Notes under the pieces: model-generated
The model's database searches: none
Told to the model about the DNA's origin: nothing
Seen by the model: the letters and a program-made list of their open reading frames with translations, nothing else
Program-made: the position numbers and the translations under genes
Part shown: one piece after another, positions 55,368 through 64,000 of the stretch
Position numbering within the stretch: position 1 is the stretch's first letter
Layout: each line of letters opens with the position of its first letter
NCBI GenBank assembly: GCA_964016885.1
Contig: OZ024740.1
Span: 40,610,001 to 40,674,000, forward strand
Reading direction: 5' to 3'
Origin: Eledone cirrhosa
Lineage: Eukaryota
DNA length: 64,000 nucleotides

Positions 55368-58300
55368 ATTTACTAAACGATTACAAAACTATGGTTTAAA
55401 TATTCCTTAAACTATCAATTTAACATTACAAAAGACCAACAGAAAATAGAAATGAAGATGTCTTATCTGATGGAAATATTCTACTTTGCCCTTTTCATGT
55501 CAGCATTATATCTGCCAAGGATAAAAAATTACACAAACACACACATATGCAGTCAAAAAGGCTACATCAATTGTAATGCACAGAAAAGCAATTTCATGTT
55601 ATATTAAAATTGTTTATCATTTTACATTCCATGTTCAAGTTATACTGACATTCACTAAAGTTGGAAAACAGTTTCATACCAGCACAATTTCAATCTTTCT
55701 GCCTTGAATCCACATCATTTCTCTAAACACTTTCCATTTTCAGTACCTAAACCTTTTCTGTGAAACAAATAGAGCATGTTTTCCGAAACACTACAAACTA
55801 GTTGAAAGGAAAGAATTCTTTCTTACACTACAATATTCAAATATATTATTTCAATAACAAACCTACATGTATAATATAATACATATCAAGAGTCATTCTA
55901 TACAGATAATATCTATACTACAAAGAGACACAAAATGTTTATGTTATAATTACAGAAGCATGTTATTTTAAGATGAAAATGTTTAATCTGAAACTAATTT
56001 ACATCAATGAAAAATAGAAATTCACAATCACAGAATCAAAATTTATCATACATATTAATCATGCAAGAAATGTGAAGTAAAAAAAAAATTAATTCACTAA
56101 AACAAATATTTAGCTTATCTTTGTTGGCTTTCATGTATTTTGTGTTATATTGTTGATCACATCTGTCAAGAAACACAATAGAGAGAAACACACACACACA
56201 CACATACATATATATATTTTAAACATTCTTATAATGAATGTGAATTATATCTAAAATGTTAAGAATTATAACTTTCAAGTAGAAAACTGAAAAACACTTA
56301 CAGGAAACTTTCAAACTACTCCAATTCCTTAAATGAGAATAATTTAGGAGAAAAACAATCTTATAACCTACATACGTAGAAAAGAATTAGGAAATTTGTT
56401 TTTTTCACATATCTATCAAGGACATTATATAAAATATTTACTTTAACACACCAAAAGACCAATAGTTAATAGAGAGGAAGGAAAAACATCTTAGCTTAGT
56501 GAACGGTTCTATCTGATCTCCTGTATGTCATCTTTACATCTGCTAATGATAGAAACTTACATACATAGCCAGAAAATAATAATATACTTAGAAGTCAATA
56601 ATTTCACTGTTATATTGATATTATATATTATTTGGCATTCACACATACTAATAGAAAAGAATTGATCATACCGCACAATTTCAATGCTTCTATCTTCAAT
56701 CCATTGGATCTTGAAAAACTGCCATTATTATTGCCTAAATATTTTGGGTAAAACAAAGCATGTTTTCCTAAGCACTGCATCTTATATATCAACTGATAAG
56801 TAAAACTTGCTACTTACAGAGTAATATTCACCTTAGTTTTGTATGCTGGAATTAAAGTGTTTACAAAACAAGCCAAAATTGATGATGTGCAACACATGAC
56901 AACTACTAATTTGTCTTGTTAATTATATATATTACCATACCAACATTCTCATTACAGTGATATTATCAAAATCTTGAAACATAAGAAAATGCTATATACT
57001 AAATTGAAATTTCATTTCATTGTGTGAGTAAAATATTCAATTTACAGAAAATTAACCTCAGAAGTTAAGAATAAAAAATTAAAAGATTTTATTATCTTAC
57101 TGATAGTTGTATTTTCCTTTAATGTCGATCACATCTGCCAATAAATGAAACACAGAAACACACACACAAACTCATTTTTAACACAAAGTTAAGCTAGGAA
57201 ACACTTGTGAGAAATATATTCAAATCTAAAGAATTATGGTTTTTATGTAGAAATTAGAATACACTTACATTAATTTTTCCAACTAGTCCAATACCTTAAA
57301 TGAATCAGTTGTAGAGACAAAAAAAAATATCCATAATCTTTACAGTTATGTATTGACAATATATTCAGTATTTACTAAACGATTACAAAACTATGGTTTA
57401 AATATTCCTTAAACTATCAATTTAACATTTCAAAAGACCAACAGAAAATAGAAATGAAGATGTCTTATCTGATGGAAATATTCTACTTTGCCCTTTTCAT
57501 GTCAGCATTATATCTGCCAAGGATAAAAAATTACACAAACACACACACATATGCAGTCAAAAAGGCTACATCAATTTTAATGCACAGAAAAGCAATTTCA
57601 TGTTATATTAAAATTGTTTATCATTTTACATTCCATGTTCAAGTTATACTGACATTCACTAAAGTTGGAAAACAGTTTCATACCAGCACAATTTCAATCT
57701 TTCTGCCTTGAATCCACATCATTTCTCTAAACACTTTCCATTTTCAGTACCTAAACCTTTTCTGTGAAACAAATAGAGCATGTTTTCCGAAACACTACAA
57801 ACTAGTTGAAAGGAAAGAATTCTTTCTTACACTACAATATTCAAATATATTATTTCAATAACAAACCTACATGTATAATATAATACATATCAAGAGTCAT
57901 TCTATACAGATAATATCTATACTACAAAGAGACACAAAATGTTTATGTTATAATTACAGAAGCATGTTATTTTAAGATGAAAATGTTTAATCTGAAACTA
58001 ATTTACATCAATGAAAAATAGAAATTCACAATCACAGAATCAAAATTTATCATACATATTAATCATGCAAGAAATGTGAAGTAAAAAAAAAATTAATTCA
58101 CTAAAACAAATATTTAGCTTATCTTTGTTGGCTTTCATGTATTTTGTGTTATATTGTTGATCACATCTGTCAAGAAACAAAATAGAGAGAAACACACACA
58201 CACACACATACATATATATATTTTAAACATTCTTATAATGAATGTGAATTATATCTAAAATGTTAAGAATTATAACTTTCAAGTAGAAAACTGAAAAACA

Positions 58301-59396
58301 CTTACAGGAAACTTTCAAACTACTCCAATTCCTTAAATGAGAATAATTTAGGAGAAAAACAATCTTATAACCTACATACGTAGAAAAGAATTAGGAAATT
58401 TGTTTTTTTCACATATCTATCAAGGACATTATATAAAATATTTACTTTAACACACCAAAAGACCAATAGTTAATAGAGAGGAAGGAAAAACATCTTAGCT
58501 TAGTGAACGGTTCTATCTGATCTCCTGTATGTCATCTTTACATCTGCTAATGATAGAAACTTACATACATAGCCAGAAAATAATAATATACTTAGAAGTC
58601 AATAATTTCACTGTTATATTGATATTATATATTATTTGGCATTCTGTATGTATTAGTTATTCACACATACTAATAGAAAAGAATTGATCATACCGCACAA
58701 TTTCAATGCTTCTATCTTCAATCCATTGGATCTTGAAAAACTGCCATTATTATTGCCTAAATATTTTGGGTAAAACAAAGCATGTTTTCCTAAGCACTGC
58801 ATCTTATATATCAACTGATAAGTAAAACTTGCTACTTACAGAGTAATATTCACCTTAGTTTTGTATGCTGGAATTAAAGTGTTTACAAAACAAGCCAAAA
58901 TTGATGATGTGCAACACATGACAACTACTAATTTGTCTTGTTAATTATATATATTACCATACCAACATTCTCATTACAGTGATATTATCAAAATCTTGAA
59001 ACATAAGAAAATGCTATATACTAAATTGAAATTTCATTTCATTGTCTGAGTAAAATATTCAATTTACAGAAAATTAACCTCAGAAGTTAAGAATAAAAAA
59101 TTAAAAGATTTTATTATCTTACTGATAGTTGTATTTTCCTTTAATGTCGATCACATCTGCCAATAAATGAAACACAGAAACACACACACAAACTCATTTT
59201 TAACACAAAGTTAAGCTAGGAAACACTTGTGAGAAATATATTCAAATCTAAAGAATTATGGTTTTTATGTAGAAATTAGAATACACTTACATTAATTTTT
59301 CCAACTAGTCCAATACCTTAAATGAATCAGTTGTAGAGACAAAAAAAAATATCCATAACCTTTACAGTTATGTATTGACAATATATTCTGTATTTA

Positions 59397-59738
59397 TGGA
59401 GGCACATGGCTTAGTGGTTAGAGCATTGGCCTTGCAATCGAAAGGTTGTGAGTTCAATTCTCAGACCGGGTGATGTGTTGTTTCCTTGAGCAAGACACTT
59501 TATTTCACATTGCTCCAGTTTACTCAGCTGTAGAAATGAGATGATAGGGACTGGGGTCCCTATCATTCCACTGCAAAGTGGTCGTGGAGGTGCCACGGCA
59601 AAAAGCACCCAGCACTCACTGTAAATGAGGTTGGTGATAGGAAGGGCATCCAGCTGTAGAAATCAAGCCAGAATCAGTTTCCGTCCCACCCTTGCAAGCA
59701 GAGAAAAGTGGACGTTAATTGAAATGATGATGATGATG
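59397..59738 (+). mobile_element. Same SINE, same insertion site
   Basis: Same sequence and flanks as 40948-41289. Confidence 0.92.
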
Positions 59739-62700
59739 ATTTACTAAACGATTACAAAACTATGGTTTAAATATTCCTTAAACTATCAATTTAACATTAC
59801 AAAAGACCAACAGAAAATAGAAATGAAGATGTCTTATCTGATGGAAATATTCTACTTTGCCCTTTTCATGTCAGCATTATATCTGCCAAGGATAAAAAAT
59901 TACACAAACACACACACATATGCAGTCAAAAAGGCTACATCAATTGTAATGCACAGAAAAGCAATTTCATGTTATATTAAAATTGTTTATCATTTTACAT
60001 TCCATGTTCAAGTTATACTGACATTCACTAAAGTTGGAAAACAGTTTCATACCAGCACAATTTCAATCTTTCTGCCTTGAATCCACATCATTTCTCTAAA
60101 CACTTTCCATTTTCAGTACCTAAACCTTTTCTGTGAAACAAATAGAGCATGTTTTCCGAAACACTACAAACTAGTTGAAAGGAAAGAATTCTTTCTTACA
60201 CTACAATATTCAAATATATTATTTCAATAACAAACCTACATGTATAATATAATACATATCAAGAGTCATTCTATACAGATAATATCTATACTACAAAGAG
60301 ACACAAAATGTTTATGTTATAATTACAGAAGCATGTTATTTTAAGATGAAAATGTTTAATCTGAAACTAATTTACATCAATGAAAAATAGAAATTCACAA
60401 TCACAGAATCAAAATTTATCATACATATTAATCATGCAAGAAATGTGAAGTAAAAAAAAAATTAATTCACTAAAACAAATATTTAGCTTATCTTTGTTGG
60501 CTTTCATGTATTTTGTGTTATATTGTTGATCACATCTGTCAAGAAACACAATAGAGAGAAACACACACACACACACATACATATATATATTTTAAACATT
60601 CTTATAATGAATGTGAATTATATCTAAAATGTTAAGAATTATAACTTTCAAGTAGAAAACTGAAAAACACTTACAGGAAACTTTCAAACTACTCCAATTC
60701 CTTAAATGAGAATAATTTAGGAGAAAAACAATCTTATAACCTACATACGTAGAAAAGAATTAGGAAATTTGTTTTTTTCACATATCTATCAAGGACATTA
60801 TATAAAATATTTACTTTAACACACCAAAAGACCAATAGTTAATAGAGAGGAAGGAAAAACATCTTAGCTTAGTGAACGGTTCTATCTGATCTCCTGTATG
60901 TCATCTTTACATCTGCTAATGATAGAAACTTACATACATAGCCAGAAAATAATAATATACTTAGAAGTCAATAATTTCACTGTTATATTGATATTATATA
61001 TTATTTGGAATTCTGTATGTATTAGTTATTCACACATACTAATAGAAAAGAATTGATCATACCGCACAATTTCAATGCTTCTATCTTCAATCCATTGGAT
61101 CTTGAAAAACTGCCATTATTATTGCCTAAATATTTTGGGTAAAACAAAGCATGTTTTCCTAAGCACTGCATCTTATATATCAACTGATAAGTAAAACTTG
61201 CTACTTACAGAGTAATATTCACCTTAGTTTTGTATGCTGGAATTAAAGTGTTTACAAAACAAGCCAAAATTGATGATGTGCAACACATGACAACTACTAA
61301 TTTGTCTTGTTAATTATATATATTACCATACCAACATTCTCATTACAGTGATATTATCAAAATCTTGAAACATAAGAAAATGCTATATACTAAATTGAAA
61401 TTTCATTTCATTGTGTGAGTAAAATATTCAATTTACAGAAAATTAACCTCAGAAGTTAAGAATAAAAAATTAAAAGATTTTATTATCTTACTGATAGTTG
61501 TATTTTCCTTTAATGTCGATCACATCTGCCAATAAATGAAACACAGAAACACACACACAAACTCATTTTTAACACAAAGTTAAGCTAGGAAACACTTGTG
61601 AGAAATATATTCAAATCTAAAGAATTATGGTTTTTATGTAGAAATTAGAATACACTTACATTAATTTTTCCAACTAGTCCAATACCTTAAATGAATCAGT
61701 TGTAGAGACAAAAAAAAATATCCATAACCTTTACAGTTATGTATTGACAATATATTCTGTATTTACTAAACGATTACAAAACTATGGTTTAAATATTCCT
61801 TAAACTATCAATTTAACATTACAAAAGACCAACAGAAAATAGAAATGAAGATGTCTTATCTGATGGAAATATTCTACTTTGCCCTTTTCATGTCAGCATT
61901 ATATCTGCCAAGGATAAAAAATTACACAAACACACACACATATGCAGTCAAAAAGGCTACATCAATTGTAATGCACAGAAAAGCAATTTCATGTTATATT
62001 AAAATTGTTTATCATTTTACATTCCATGTTCAAGTTATACTGACATTCACTAAAGTTGGAAAACAGTTTCATACCAGCACAATTTCAATCTTTCTGCCTT
62101 GAATCCACATCATTTCTCTAAACACTTTCCATTTTCAGTACCTAAACCTTTTCTGTGAAACAAATAGAGCATGTTTTCCGAAACACTACAAACTAGTTGA
62201 AAGGAAAGAATTCTTTCTTACACTACAATATTCAAATATATTATTTCAACAACAAACCTACATGTATAATATAATACATATCAAGAGTCATTCTATACAG
62301 ATAATATCTATACTACAATGAGACACAAAATGTTTATGTTATAATTACAGAAGCATGTTATTTTAAGATGAAAATGTTTAATCTGAAACTAATTTACATC
62401 AATGAAAAATAGAAATTCACAATCACAGAATCAAAATTTATCATACATATTAATCATGCAAGAAATGTGAAGTAAAAAAAAAATTAATTCACTAAAACAA
62501 ATATTTAGCTTATCTTTGTTGGCTTTCATGTATTTTGTGTTATATTGTTGATCACATCTGTCAAGAAACAAAATAGAGAGAAACACACACACACACACAT
62601 ACATATATATATTTTAAACATTCTTATAATGAATGTGAATTATATCTAAAATGTTAAGAATTATAACTTTCAAGTAGAAAACTGAAAAACACTTACAGGA

Positions 62701-63787
62701 AACTTTCAAACTACTCCAATTCCTTAAATGAGAATAATTTAGGAGAAAAACAATCTTATAACCTACATACGTAGAAAAGAATTAGGAAATTTGTTTTTTT
62801 CACATATCTATCAAGGACATTATATAAAATATTTACTTTAACACACCAAAAGACCAATAGTTAATAGAGAAGAAGGAAAAACATCTTAGCTTAGTGAACG
62901 GTTCTATCTGATCTCCTGTATGTCATCTTTACATCTGCTAATGATAGAAACTTACATACATAGCCAGAAAATAATAATATACTTAGAAGTCAATAATTTC
63001 ACTGTTATATTGATATTATATATTATTTGGCATTCTGTATGTATTAGTTATTCACACATACTAATAGAAAAGAATTGATCATACCGCACAATTTCAATGC
63101 TTCTATCTTCAATCCATTGGATCTTGAAAAACTGCCATTATTATTGCCTAAATATTTTGGGTAAAACAAAGCATGTTTTCCTAAGCACTGCATCTTATAT
63201 ATCAACTGATAAGTAAAACTTGCTACTTACAGAGTAATATTCACCTTAGTTTTGTATGCTGGAATTAAAGTGTTTACAAAACAAGCCAAAATTGATGATG
63301 TGCAACACATGACAACTACTAATTTGTCTTGTTAATTATATATATTACCATACCAACATTCTCATTACAGTGATATTATCAAAATCTTGAAACATAAGAA
63401 AATGCTATATACTAAATTGAAATTTCATTTCATTGTCTGAGTAAAATATTCAATTTACAGAAAATTAACCTCAGAAGTTAAGAATAAAAAATTAAAAGAT
63501 TTTATTATCTTACTGATAGTTGTATTTTCCTTTAATGTCGATCACATCTGCCAATAAATGAAACACAGAAACACACACACAAACTCATTTTTAACACAAA
63601 GTTAAGCTAGGAAACACTTGTGAGAAATATATTCAAATCTAAAGAATTATGGTTTTTATGTAGAAATTAGAATACACTTACATTAATTTTTCCAACTAGT
63701 CCAATACCTTAAATGAATCAGTTGTAGAGACAAAAAAAAATATCCATAACCTTTACAGTTATGTATTGACAATATATTCTGTATTTA

Positions 63788-64000
63788 TGGAGGCACATGG
63801 CTTAGTGGTTAGAGCATTGGCCTTGCAATCGAAAGGTTGTGAGTTCAATTCTCAGACCGGGTGATGTGTTGTTTCCTTGAGCAAGACACTTTATTTCACA
63901 TTGCTCCAGTTTACTCAGCTGTAGAAATGAGATGATAGGGACTGGGGTCCCTATCATTCCACTGCAAAGTGGTCGTGGAGGTGCCACGGCAAAAAGCACC
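63788..64000 (+). mobile_element. Same SINE, cut off by the window end
   Basis: Same 5' portion and left flank. Confidence 0.92.

Larger units (their letters stand above)
48699..64000. repeat. Continuation of the same ~2 kb tandem array (rest of unit 22 to partial unit 29), alternating SINE+ and SINE- units
   Basis: Unit sequence resumes at ttatctgatgg (48699), at the position where the LINE interrupted it. Confidence 0.99.

Noticed and set aside
1-64000. CRISPR array, rDNA/5S, histone or snRNA gene cluster
   Set aside because: No short repeats with unique spacers, and no recognisable rRNA, histone or snRNA sequence in the AT-rich unit.

Overview
AT-rich eukaryotic DNA, probably from a cephalopod (octopus-like). 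That assignment is inferred only from the SINE. The whole window is one highly homogenised tandem array of a ~2.0 kb unit, with 28 complete units plus a partial 29th; SINE-free units are 1995-2030 bp. Each unit is an old dimer of two diverged ~1 kb halves. Read on the minus strand, each half holds about six regularly spaced 26-67 nt micro-exon-like segments, flanked by pyrimidine/UG-rich ...AG acceptors and GTAAG/GTATG-type donors and separated by 80-175 nt intron-like gaps. Several segments have stops in all frames, and three donors are consensus except at +1 (AG|ATAAG, AG|CTAAG). The array is interrupted by one apparently full-length CR1-clade LINE (43403-48691, minus strand). It has a PHD/polyQ ORF1, an APE-RT ORF2 with one homopolymer frameshift, a G_GGA_AAC slippery heptamer at the ORF1/ORF2 junction and a duplicated 3' end. 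A tRNA/CORE-type SINE inserted once and was then amplified in every second unit, forming a nascent ~4.4 kb higher-order repeat. No conventional host protein-coding gene is supported.
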